Assembly: GCF_000039765.1 (NCBI RefSeq)
Contig: NC_004459.3
Span: 1,920,001 to 1,952,000, forward strand
DNA: 32,000 nucleotides
DNA from: Vibrio vulnificus CMCP6
GTDB taxonomy: Bacteria; Pseudomonadota; Gammaproteobacteria; Enterobacterales; Vibrionaceae
Direction: 5' to 3'
Part shown: positions 10,471-18,781 of the stretch, piece by piece
Numbering within the stretch: the stretch's first letter is position 1
How the letters are laid out: each line of letters begins with the position of its first letter
Notes under the pieces: generated by a model
The model's database searches: none
Told to the model about the DNA's origin: nothing
Seen by the model: only the letters and a program-made list of their open reading frames with translations
Translations under genes and position numbers: made by a program

Positions 10471-10908
10471 ATGGAAAACGCAATGGACTTTCTGCTTGAG
10501 CAGACCAAAGAGAAAGAAAACCAAGCGGTGATGGCGCTGAATAAGGCGAAATCGGAGCTGGAAGGTTACTATACTCAATTGGCTCAAATTGAAAAGTATC
10601 GCCTGGATTATTGCCAACAGCTCGTCGAGCGAGGGCAAAATGGTTTAACGGCCAGCCAGTTTGTTCATTTGCATCGATTTCTCGGTAAACTGGATGAAAC
10701 GCTCTCTAAGCAAAAGCAAGCAGAAACACAATTTAAACAACAAGTTGAAAACTGTGAACATTATTGGCTAGAAGTGCGCAAGCAACGAAAATCCTACGAG
10801 TGGATGATTGAGAAAAAACAGCAAGAGAAACTCAAAGCAGAAGCAAAGCGAGAGCAGAAACAGATGGATGAGTTTTCAACCTTGCTCTATTCACGCGGCG
10901 CTAAATGA
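10471..10908 (+). CDS. fliJ: Flagellar export protein FliJ
   Basis: 145 aa coiled-coil Lys/Gln/Glu-rich protein directly after fliI. Confidence 0.93.
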   Translation: MENAMDFLLEQTKEKENQAVMALNKAKSELEGYYTQLAQIEKYRLDYCQQLVERGQNGLTASQFVHLHRFLGKLDETLSKQKQAETQFKQQVENCEHYWLEVRKQRKSYEWMIEKKQQEKLKAEAKREQKQMDEFSTLLYSRGAK

Positions 10909-10914
10909 GAGAAG

Positions 10915-10937
10915 TGGCTTGCTTTTTGCAGGCTATT
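10915..10937 (+). terminator. Terminator-like hairpin between fliJ and fliK; overlaps a sigma54-like sequence
   Basis: TGGCTTGC (10915-10922), loop TTTTT, GCAGGCTA (8 pairs including G-U) followed by T7. The same bases read TGGCTTGCTTTTTGCA (10915-10930) with GG-N10-GC spacing. Confidence 0.5.
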
Positions 10938-11009
10938 TTTTTAGCTCAATACCAAGGCTGGAAAGCATTGGATTTTAACCCATTTTAGCGCGGCTAAGAG
11001 ACTCGAATT

Positions 11010-13055
11010 ATGAATGTGAATCTGCAACCCGTTTCCACGACAGCAAAGACCGCCAGTCAAAGTGGCGAAAGTTTGGCTGCAACCACCACGGCCGACTCGA
11101 CGGACTCCAAAGGTTTTTTGCAGACCCTTTCTGAAGTCTTCTCCTCTGGAAAAACGGAAGCGGACGGCAATATCGCAGCAAAAGCATCGCAAGGCGTTCA
11201 ATCGGAAGGCGTTAAAGGGAGCAGTGCTCTTGATGACACTGCTGAGACCAGTGAGGCAAAGGTTGGCCCATCAGATAGTTCGGTTGATGAGGTGTTAGAG
11301 CTTGAGTCAGAAGCAGACCTCTCTTCGTCCCAGCGCGTGGCCGAATCGAAATTAGACCAAGACTCTTCAGCAGTACTTAGCAGTGAAGATGACAAATCGA
11401 ATCAATCGCTTAGTCGCGTAAATACAGACAGTGATGTATTGAAAGGCGCTCCTGCCGCAGCAAAAGACACCGTGGCACAAGATGACAACGCTAAGCAAGC
11501 GGTGATGCAGGAAGGCTCCAAAATTCTAGGTCAGTTAGAACAGTCGAATGCGGCGCTGAAAGAGACAAGTGGCAAAGGCTTGCCACAAAACGCATCGCCA
11601 GACATTGAATCGAGCGCAGCCATTGCAGCGGCATCGACTTCTGTGCAGCCACAACGTGATGCACTCGATGACGAACAAGCGTTGATTGCGGCCCAACAAG
11701 GGCAAAGCTTGTCCCACTATTCCGCGCATCTTGATCAACAGGCAGTTAGTCAAGCACAACCTATTGATGCTGCTCATCAAGCTCAGATCATCAACGCGCA
11801 AGTGGCCGAGAATGAATTGCCACAAGATTGGCGCGAGGTGATGCCGCAGCCTCAAGCGGGAAACCTTGCTAATAGTGCGGCACTCGACAAGGATGTTCAG
11901 CCAAGTGCTGATATGGATCCACAAGCGTTGCTTGTTAGCAGCGCCATGGGCGTCAACTCGGTGAAAAATAGTGCAACGTCATCAAGTGAAACACCACAAG
12001 TGGTGTCACTTGAGTTGTTAGTGGTCATTGAGCAAAAATTAGCGGCGGCGCAACCTTTAAGTGCGCCTGAGCAAAAAATTCTCGATGGTTTGAAATCGGG
12101 TCAAATGGTGGCGGATTTCCCCCCATCAGAATGGACGACAAGATTACCTGTTATCGCGGCCACCACTCAGCCGCAACTTACTCCTTCGGAAGGGGGGAGT
12201 GAACGACATGCCATTGATTGGACGTCGCCTCAATCCGCTCAGCCAAAGCATCAAGATAGCGCCGCTGCCAAAACGGCAGGCAGCGCAGCATTAGCGCAAG
12301 CGGTGCATACGGCACTTGCTCAGCCCAATACGGCCACAACTGTCCCATTGAGCGCAGACAAAGCCGCTATGGTTCTGCCTGATGGCATGACGGCGAATAC
12401 GATACCAACCGCGTTTAATCCTGCCGCGTCTCCGGATGTGGCTAAATCTCAAGTGCAATCGATGCAGGCGGCATTAGCGGCGGCTGGCCTTGCTAGCGTA
12501 AAAGGCTCATCGAAGCAAACAAGTACTGAGGCTCAGGGCGCTCAACCCACGGCCTCTCTCTACAGTGCGCAGACAGTGACAGGACAAACGAGAGCAGAGA
12601 ACGTCGCAGCTCAACAACCGTCAATGCCATTAACGCGAGAGTTAGCGAATGAGCAGGTGGCAGAAAAAGTGCAAATGATGATGTCAAAGAACCTCAAACA
12701 ACTTGATATTCGTCTGGACCCACCGGAGCTTGGCCGCATGCAAATCCGCATGACGATGAACAATGACATCGCCAACGTGCATTTCACTGTCACCAACCCG
12801 CAAGCGCGTGACATCATTGAACAAACATTGCCAAGACTGCGGGAAATGCTCGCCCAACAAGGGATGCAATTGGCCGATTCGTCGGTTCAACAGCAAGCCT
12901 CTGGTCAGCAGCAGAGACAATACAGTGCTGATGGACAAGGGAATGGACAACAAAGCAGCAGATTTGCCTCTTCAAATGAGGAAAACCTTGAGGCTGACGT
13001 TAAACTTGACTTAAATGTCACATCAAAGCGTGATGGAATCAGTTTTTACGCATAA
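11010..13055 (+). CDS. fliK: Flagellar hook-length control protein FliK
   Basis: 681 aa; low-complexity Gln/Ala/Ser-rich body and conserved C-terminal LDIRLDPPELGRMQIRMTMNNDIANVHFTV.. Flg_hook-type domain. Confidence 0.93.
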   Translation: MNVNLQPVSTTAKTASQSGESLAATTTADSTDSKGFLQTLSEVFSSGKTEADGNIAAKASQGVQSEGVKGSSALDDTAETSEAKVGPSDSSVDEVLELESEADLSSSQRVAESKLDQDSSAVLSSEDDKSNQSLSRVNTDSDVLKGAPAAAKDTVAQDDNAKQAVMQEGSKILGQLEQSNAALKETSGKGLPQNASPDIESSAAIAAASTSVQPQRDALDDEQALIAAQQGQSLSHYSAHLDQQAVSQAQPIDAAHQAQIINAQVAENELPQDWREVMPQPQAGNLANSAALDKDVQPSADMDPQALLVSSAMGVNSVKNSATSSSETPQVVSLELLVVIEQKLAAAQPLSAPEQKILDGLKSGQMVADFPPSEWTTRLPVIAATTQPQLTPSEGGSERHAIDWTSPQSAQPKHQDSAAAKTAGSAALAQAVHTALAQPNTATTVPLSADKAAMVLPDGMTANTIPTAFNPAASPDVAKSQVQSMQAALAAAGLASVKGSSKQTSTEAQGAQPTASLYSAQTVTGQTRAENVAAQQPSMPLTRELANEQVAEKVQMMMSKNLKQLDIRLDPPELGRMQIRMTMNNDIANVHFTVTNPQARDIIEQTLPRLREMLAQQGMQLADSSVQQQASGQQQRQYSADGQGNGQQSSRFASSNEENLEADVKLDLNVTSKRDGISFYA

Positions 13056-13091
13056 AATACAAATTGTTAAGTTTGATAGGTAGAGCAGCTC

Positions 13092-13589
13092 ATGGCAGAA
13101 GAATTGCAAAACGGTGAAGAAGCACCAAAAGGGAAAAGTAAACTTCTAATCATCATCATTGCTGTGGTGGTATTACTCGCCGGTGGCGGTGGTGCTGCGT
13201 TCTTTTTGATGGGATCGGATCCTGCAGAAGAGGAAGCCGCTGCACAAGTCCAAGCTCAGCCTGTTGAAGCGCCCATCGCATACGTTAATATCGCTCAGCC
13301 ATTCGTGTTTAACGTCACGGGTGACAACCGCAATCGAATGGTACAGATCAAAGTGCAGTTGATGGTTCGTGGTACAGAAAATGAAAACCTTGCCCGTTAC
13401 CATTCGCCGTTGATTGAAAGTTCATTGCTATCAACGTTTGCTTCGGCAACGGTTGAGCAGTTGCGTTCACCTACTGGTCGAACGGAGCTACGTGATAAAG
13501 CCACAGATGACATTAAAGCAGCGCTGACGAAATCGGTAGGTCAGCCTGTGATTGAGAAAGTATTGTTTACCGACTTTGTGATTCAGTAG
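13092..13589 (+). CDS. fliL: Flagellar basal body-associated protein FliL
   Basis: 165 aa; single N-terminal TM, ...FVFNVTGDNRNRMVQIKVQLMVRG..., ending VLFTDFVIQ; position before fliM. Confidence 0.94.
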   Translation: MAEELQNGEEAPKGKSKLLIIIIAVVVLLAGGGGAAFFLMGSDPAEEEAAAQVQAQPVEAPIAYVNIAQPFVFNVTGDNRNRMVQIKVQLMVRGTENENLARYHSPLIESSLLSTFASATVEQLRSPTGRTELRDKATDDIKAALTKSVGQPVIEKVLFTDFVIQ

Positions 13590-13596
13590 GTATAGC

Positions 13597-14640
13597 GTGA
13601 CCGATCTATTAAGCCAAGACGAGATTGATGCGCTCCTTCATGGGGTGGATGATGTCGATGAGATAGACGAGCCGATAGAGGATGATCTAGGCAGCGCCGT
13701 CAATTTCGATTTCTCCTCGCAAGATAGGATTGTTCGTGGTCGCATGCCGACCTTGGAACTGATCAATGAACGTTTTGCTCGTCATATGCGCATCAGTTTG
13801 TTCAACATGTTGAGAAAAACCGCCGAAGTCTCGATCAACGGCGTGCAAATGATGAAGTTTGGTGAATACCAAAACACGCTATACGTACCCACCAGTTTGA
13901 ACATGGTTCGCTTCAGGCCGTTAAAAGGCACCGCTTTGATCACCATGGAAGCGCGTTTGGTGTTTATTCTGGTAGAGAACTTTTTTGGTGGCGATGGTCG
14001 CTTCCACGCCAAAATTGAAGGTCGCGAATTTACCCCAACAGAGCGACGTATCATACAGCTTCTACTGAAAATCGTATTTGAAGACTACAAAGAAGCTTGG
14101 TCGCCTGTGATGGGGGTAGAATTTGAGTATCTCGACTCGGAAGTGAACCCGAGTATGGCGAACATTGTTAGCCCAACCGAAGTGATTGTCGTGAGTTCGT
14201 TCCATATCGAAGTGGACGGCGGCGGCGGTGACTTCCATGTGGTCATGCCGTATTCCATGGTCGAGCCGATCCGGGAATTGCTTGATGCGGGTGTGCAATC
14301 GGACAAAATGGAAACGGACGTACGTTGGAGCTCTGCTCTGCGTGAAGAAATCATGGATTGTCCGGTGAATTTCCGTGTCAATTTGTTGGAGAAAGATATC
14401 TCGCTGCGCGATTTGATGGAACTTCGACCTGGGGACGTCATTCCGATTGAAATGCCTAAGCACGCCGTGATGTTTGTAGAAGAACTACCCACTTACCGCG
14501 TGAAAATGGGGCAGTCTAACGAGAAGCTGGCGGTGCAAATTTCCGAAGAAATTGAACGCCCTCATGTGGTGAAAACCGATTTAACTTTCTTAGGTAAAGA
14601 CATCATGTCTGAACTAGAAAGTGACGACGATGATGATTAA
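13597..14640 (+). CDS. fliM: Flagellar motor switch protein FliM
   Basis: 347 aa, GTG start; N-terminal LLSQDEIDALLHG CheY-binding motif; switch protein core. Confidence 0.97.
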   Translation: MTDLLSQDEIDALLHGVDDVDEIDEPIEDDLGSAVNFDFSSQDRIVRGRMPTLELINERFARHMRISLFNMLRKTAEVSINGVQMMKFGEYQNTLYVPTSLNMVRFRPLKGTALITMEARLVFILVENFFGGDGRFHAKIEGREFTPTERRIIQLLLKIVFEDYKEAWSPVMGVEFEYLDSEVNPSMANIVSPTEVIVVSSFHIEVDGGGGDFHVVMPYSMVEPIRELLDAGVQSDKMETDVRWSSALREEIMDCPVNFRVNLLEKDISLRDLMELRPGDVIPIEMPKHAVMFVEELPTYRVKMGQSNEKLAVQISEEIERPHVVKTDLTFLGKDIMSELESDDDDD

Positions 14641-14709
14641 TGCTCGCGACTGAGAGCAAAATGTTCGTCTAGTATTGAGTTAAATAGTAAGTAAAAACAG
14701 GATAGTAAA

Positions 14710-15120
14710 ATGGCATCAAGTGAAGATGAAAGGCTAGCGGCAGAATGGGCAGCAGCTTTGGGTGAAGATCCCGCAGCGCCTGAAATTGATGTTGACGAAG
14801 TATTGGCAGCGCCATTAGAAGAGTTGAAAGATACCTCTGCGCCGATCACCGCCGATGAGCGCCGCAAACTGGATACCATTATGGATATTCCAGTGACGAT
14901 TTCGATGGAAGTGGGCCGCTCACAAATCAGCATTCGTAACTTACTTCAGCTTAACCAAGGTTCGGTAGTCGAACTGGATCGTCTGGCTGGTGAGTCGCTC
15001 GACGTATTGGTCAACGGTACGTTGATCGCCCACGGAGAGGTTGTTGTGGTCAACGATAAGTTTGGTATCCGTCTCACCGATGTGATCAGCCAAACTGAAC
15101 GTATCAAAAAACTGCGTTAA
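14710..15120 (+). CDS. fliN: Flagellar motor switch protein FliN
   Basis: 136 aa; LDTIMDIPVTISMEVGRSQISIRNLLQLNQGSVVELDRLAGE SpoA-type domain. Confidence 0.97.
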   Translation: MASSEDERLAAEWAAALGEDPAAPEIDVDEVLAAPLEELKDTSAPITADERRKLDTIMDIPVTISMEVGRSQISIRNLLQLNQGSVVELDRLAGESLDVLVNGTLIAHGEVVVVNDKFGIRLTDVISQTERIKKLR

Positions 15121-15542
15121 TGCTTATGAGACCAAGCCGTTATCGCCATCGCTTATTTGGTCTTACAGGAGCACTGGTCGCCATGACGAGTGCTCCTCGT
15201 GTTTGGGCCGCGCCCCAAGCGCCGGAGCTTGACCTTGCCACCACGTTTGCTTCTCTTCTCCTCGTTATCGCTTTTATTCTCTTTTTAGCTTGGCTGATGA
15301 AGCGCATCCAAACGCCAGCATTCGGCCAGAAACACGGCCTAAAAGTGGTGAGCCAAATTGCGGTGGGGACACGAGAGCGCATCGCCGTTGTTCAGGCGGG
15401 GGAAGAACAATTTTTAGTGGGCATCACCAGTCAGTCTATCCAGCTGATTGCAAAATTAGAGCATCCGTTAAAACAGGAGGAGTTGGCTAAAACGGCATTT
15501 GCACAACAATTTAGCCAGCTACTGAAAAAGAATGAACAATAA
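15120..15542 (+). CDS. fliO: Flagellar biosynthetic protein FliO
   Basis: 140 aa; TM segment [17 protein letters not shown]; TAATG overlap with fliN; before fliP. Confidence 0.92.
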   Translation: MLMRPSRYRHRLFGLTGALVAMTSAPRVWAAPQAPELDLATTFASLLLVIAFILFLAWLMKRIQTPAFGQKHGLKVVSQIAVGTRERIAVVQAGEEQFLVGITSQSIQLIAKLEHPLKQEELAKTAFAQQFSQLLKKNEQ

Positions 15543-16401
15543 GCAACTTCTGACCACGTTTTGGCTATCACTCAGCTTACTGATGGCATCCCTATTTTCC
15601 TTTTCGGCTTGGGCACAAGCGGAAGAGACCGCGTTGCCAGCCAATCTTGCACCGGGCGGTAGTGTGACGGTTTCACAAATGCAGAGTGACACCAGTAAGA
15701 GTGAATTTATGAGTGTGGGTAGCGGAGGCGGTATCCCAGCTTTCACCATGACCACTAACCCTGACGGCAGTGAAGACTACTCGGTCACGTTGCAGATTTT
15801 AGCGTTAATGACCATGCTTGGCTTCTTGCCAGCGATGGTGATTTTGATGACCTCATTCACCCGGATTGTGGTGGTGATGTCGATTTTGCGGCAGGCTATG
15901 GGTCTGCAACAAACGCCGTCAAACCAGGTCATTATTGGTATCGCACTTTTCTTAACCTTTTTTATTATGTCGCCCGTGATTAACGAAGTGAATGAACAAG
16001 CGGTTCAACCGTACCTGAATGAGCAGCTCACCGCACGCGAAGCGTTTGATGCCGCACAAGGGCCAATGAAAGCGTTCATGCTCAAGCAAACACGCGTGAA
16101 AGATCTCGAGACATTCGTCAATATGTCAGGAGAGCAGGCAACCAATCCCGAAGACGTTTCTATGGCGGTGTTGATCCCCGCGTTTATCACCTCTGAGCTG
16201 AAAACCGCATTCCAAATCGGATTCATGCTGTTTTTGCCGTTCCTTATCATTGACCTTGTGGTGGCTTCGGTATTGATGGCGATGGGTATGATGATGTTGT
16301 CACCGATGATCGTCTCGCTGCCGTTTAAGCTGATGTTGTTCGTGTTAGTCGATGGCTGGAACCTGATCCTTTCCACTCTCGCAGGCAGTTTTGCCTTATA
16401 G
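15532..16401 (+). CDS. fliP: Flagellar export apparatus protein FliP
   Basis: 289 aa; [50 protein letters not shown] conserved core. Confidence 0.97.
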   Translation: MNNKQLLTTFWLSLSLLMASLFSFSAWAQAEETALPANLAPGGSVTVSQMQSDTSKSEFMSVGSGGGIPAFTMTTNPDGSEDYSVTLQILALMTMLGFLPAMVILMTSFTRIVVVMSILRQAMGLQQTPSNQVIIGIALFLTFFIMSPVINEVNEQAVQPYLNEQLTAREAFDAAQGPMKAFMLKQTRVKDLETFVNMSGEQATNPEDVSMAVLIPAFITSELKTAFQIGFMLFLPFLIIDLVVASVLMAMGMMMLSPMIVSLPFKLMLFVLVDGWNLILSTLAGSFAL

Positions 16402-16416
16402 CGGTAAGGAGACGCA

Positions 16417-16686
16417 ATGACACCTGAAGTTTTTGTTGAGCTGTTTCGTGAAGCACTGTGGATGGTTCTCATCATGGTGTGTGCCATCATTATTCCCAGT
16501 TTGTTGGTGGGTTTGATTGTGGCAATTTTTCAGGCGGCGACCTCGATCAACGAACAAACCCTGAGCTTTTTGCCACGTCTGATTGTGACTTTATTAGCGC
16601 TAATGCTCTTTGGCCATTGGATGACACAGATGTTGATGGAGTACTTTTTCGCGCTAGTGGAACGTTTTCCGCAAGTTCTGTACTAG
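16417..16686 (+). CDS. fliQ: Flagellar export apparatus protein FliQ
   Basis: 89 aa; two TM helices, QAATSINEQTLSFLPRL. Confidence 0.97.
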   Translation: MTPEVFVELFREALWMVLIMVCAIIIPSLLVGLIVAIFQAATSINEQTLSFLPRLIVTLLALMLFGHWMTQMLMEYFFALVERFPQVLY

Positions 16687-16698
16687 GCGGGAGGAGCG

Positions 16699-17481
16699 AT
16701 GGAATATCCAACCACCATTATTCTGGACTGGATAGCCAACTATTTTTGGCCTTTCACTCGTATCTCATCCATGCTGATGGTGATGACGGTGACGGGTGCG
16801 CGTTTTGTTTCTCCTCGAATTCGTCTCTACCTTAGCCTTGCCATCACCTTGGCCTTAATGCCAGCGATTCCGGCGGTGCCAGAAGAGCTCCAACTGCTCT
16901 CATTTCAAGGCTTTTTGACCACCTTTGAGCAAATTGTTATTGGTGTAGCAATGGGGATGGTGACGCAATTTATCATCCAAACCTTTGTCCTGCTGGGTCA
17001 GATTTTGGGTATGCAATCGAGTTTGGGTTTCGCATCCATGGTGGACCCGGCCAATGGTCAAAACACGCCGTTGCTTGGTCAGTTGTTTATGTTCCTGTCG
17101 ACCATGTTTTTCCTCGCCACCGATGGTCACTTGAAAATGCTGCAATTGGTGCTGTTTAGCTTCAAAACCTTGCCCATAGGCAGTGGTTCATTGAATGCGG
17201 TTGATTTTCGTGAACTGGCGTTGTGGCTGGGCATCATGTTCAAAACGGCGCTGAGTATGTCACTCTCGGGTATCATTGCGCTGCTGACCATCAACCTCTC
17301 CTTCGGGGTGATGACCCGAGCCGCACCGCAGCTGAACATTTTCTCTCTCGGTTTTGCTTTCGCCTTGTTGGTGGGGTTACTGATTTGTTGGTACATCTTG
17401 GCTGGCTTATACAGCCATTATGAGCTGTACTGGTTGCAAGGCGAACAGCAGGTTTGCCGATTTATTCGCTTGAATTGCTAG
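16699..17481 (+). CDS. fliR: Flagellar export apparatus protein FliR
   Basis: 260 aa multi-TM protein; SLGFASMVDPANGQNTPLLGQLF; SD GGAGG-like. Confidence 0.97.
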   Translation: MEYPTTIILDWIANYFWPFTRISSMLMVMTVTGARFVSPRIRLYLSLAITLALMPAIPAVPEELQLLSFQGFLTTFEQIVIGVAMGMVTQFIIQTFVLLGQILGMQSSLGFASMVDPANGQNTPLLGQLFMFLSTMFFLATDGHLKMLQLVLFSFKTLPIGSGSLNAVDFRELALWLGIMFKTALSMSLSGIIALLTINLSFGVMTRAAPQLNIFSLGFAFALLVGLLICWYILAGLYSHYELYWLQGEQQVCRFIRLNC

Positions 17482-17490
17482 GAGGCTGGT

Positions 17491-18621
17491 TTGGCAGAGT
17501 CAGACGGTCAAGAACGTACCGAAGAAGCCACGCCCCGACGGTTACAACAAGCGCGGGAAAAAGGCCAAGTTGCACGCTCAAAAGAGCTGGCTTCTGTGTC
17601 TGTATTGGTGATTGGTGCCGTTTCCCTGATGTGGTTCGGTGAAAGCCTCGCAAGGGCGTTGTTCAAAGCGATGGGACGTTTGTTTAGCCTCTCTCGTGAA
17701 GAAATTTTTGACCCCAGTAAGCTGTTTGATATTGCCAGTGGCGCATTAAGCGCTTTGCTCCTTCCTCTGCTGCTTATTTTGTTTGCGCTCTTTGTCGCTG
17801 CTGCAATTGGTTCCGCCGGCGTTGGTGGCATCAGTTTTTCAGTGGAAGCGGCGACGCCAAAATTATCGAAAATGAACCCACTGAGCGGTATCAAGCGTAT
17901 GTTTGGCTTGCAAAGTTGGGTTGAGCTCATCAAATCAATTTTGAAAGTCGCGTTGGTAACGGGCGTAGCGATCTACCTAATTCAAGCTTCACAGGAAGAC
18001 TTAATCCAACTCAGTTTGGATGTCTATCCGCAGAATATTTTCCACGCTTTGGACATTTTGTTGAACTTCGTTTTGCTGATCAGTTGCTCGTTGTTGATTG
18101 TGGTGGCGATCGACATTCCTTTTCAGATTTGGCAACACGCTGACCAACTGAAAATGACCAAGCAAGAAGTGAAAGATGAATACAAAGACACCGAAGGTAA
18201 GCCTGAGGTCAAAGGCCGTATCCGTATGTTGCAACGCGAAGCTGCTCAGCGACGTATGATGGCGGACGTTCCAACTGCGGATGTGATTGTGACCAACCCG
18301 GAGCACTTTTCTGTTGCACTGCGTTATAAGCAGAACAGCGACAGAGCGCCAGTGGTAGTGGCGAAAGGGACGGATCACATGGCGATGAAAATACGTGAAG
18401 TGGCGCGCGAGCACGACATTTCTATTGTGCCAGCGCCACCATTGGCGCGTGCGCTCTATTATTCAACCGAGCTTGAACAGCAGATCCCTGATGGTCTATT
18501 TACCGCGGTTGCACAAATACTGGCTTACGTGTTCCAGTTGAAACAGTACCGGAAACGGGGCGGCCATCGGCCGAAACTGCAAGACTATGATCTGCCGATT
18601 CCACCCGATCTCAGACATTGA
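17491..18621 (+). CDS. flhB: Flagellar export apparatus protein FlhB
   Basis: 376 aa, TTG start with AGGAGG upstream; EEATPRRLQQAREKGQVARSKE and autocleavage NPEH motif (VTNPEHFSVALRY). Confidence 0.97.
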   Translation: MAESDGQERTEEATPRRLQQAREKGQVARSKELASVSVLVIGAVSLMWFGESLARALFKAMGRLFSLSREEIFDPSKLFDIASGALSALLLPLLLILFALFVAAAIGSAGVGGISFSVEAATPKLSKMNPLSGIKRMFGLQSWVELIKSILKVALVTGVAIYLIQASQEDLIQLSLDVYPQNIFHALDILLNFVLLISCSLLIVVAIDIPFQIWQHADQLKMTKQEVKDEYKDTEGKPEVKGRIRMLQREAAQRRMMADVPTADVIVTNPEHFSVALRYKQNSDRAPVVVAKGTDHMAMKIREVAREHDISIVPAPPLARALYYSTELEQQIPDGLFTAVAQILAYVFQLKQYRKRGGHRPKLQDYDLPIPPDLRH

Positions 18622-18675
18622 TAGTCGGCGATTCTTTTGTTCTTAAGTCTCTTGTCATTATTTTGGCGCATGAGC

Positions 18676-18691
18676 TGGTATAGAGATTGCT
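18676..18691 (+). promoter_or_regulatory. Candidate sigma54 (-24/-12) promoter of flhA operon
   Basis: TGGTATAGAGATTGCT: GG (18677-18678) and GC (18689-18690) exactly 10 nt apart, in the 160 bp flhB-flhA gap. Confidence 0.75.
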
Positions 18692-18781
18692 AGCTAGCAC
18701 CTAATTCGGATGATAAATACAGATGACGACAGTCGTTGTCTTCCATATCAATAACTTAAAGCTATCCATTGAGACGAAGTA

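Noticed and set aside
14062-14492. Overlapping reverse-strand ORFs (133 and 135 aa) opposite fliM
   Set aside because: Antisense shadows of a conserved gene.
16458-16835. + strand 125 aa ORF overlapping fliQ and fliR
   Set aside because: Out-of-frame overlap of two highly conserved genes; composition looks like frame-shifted membrane protein code.
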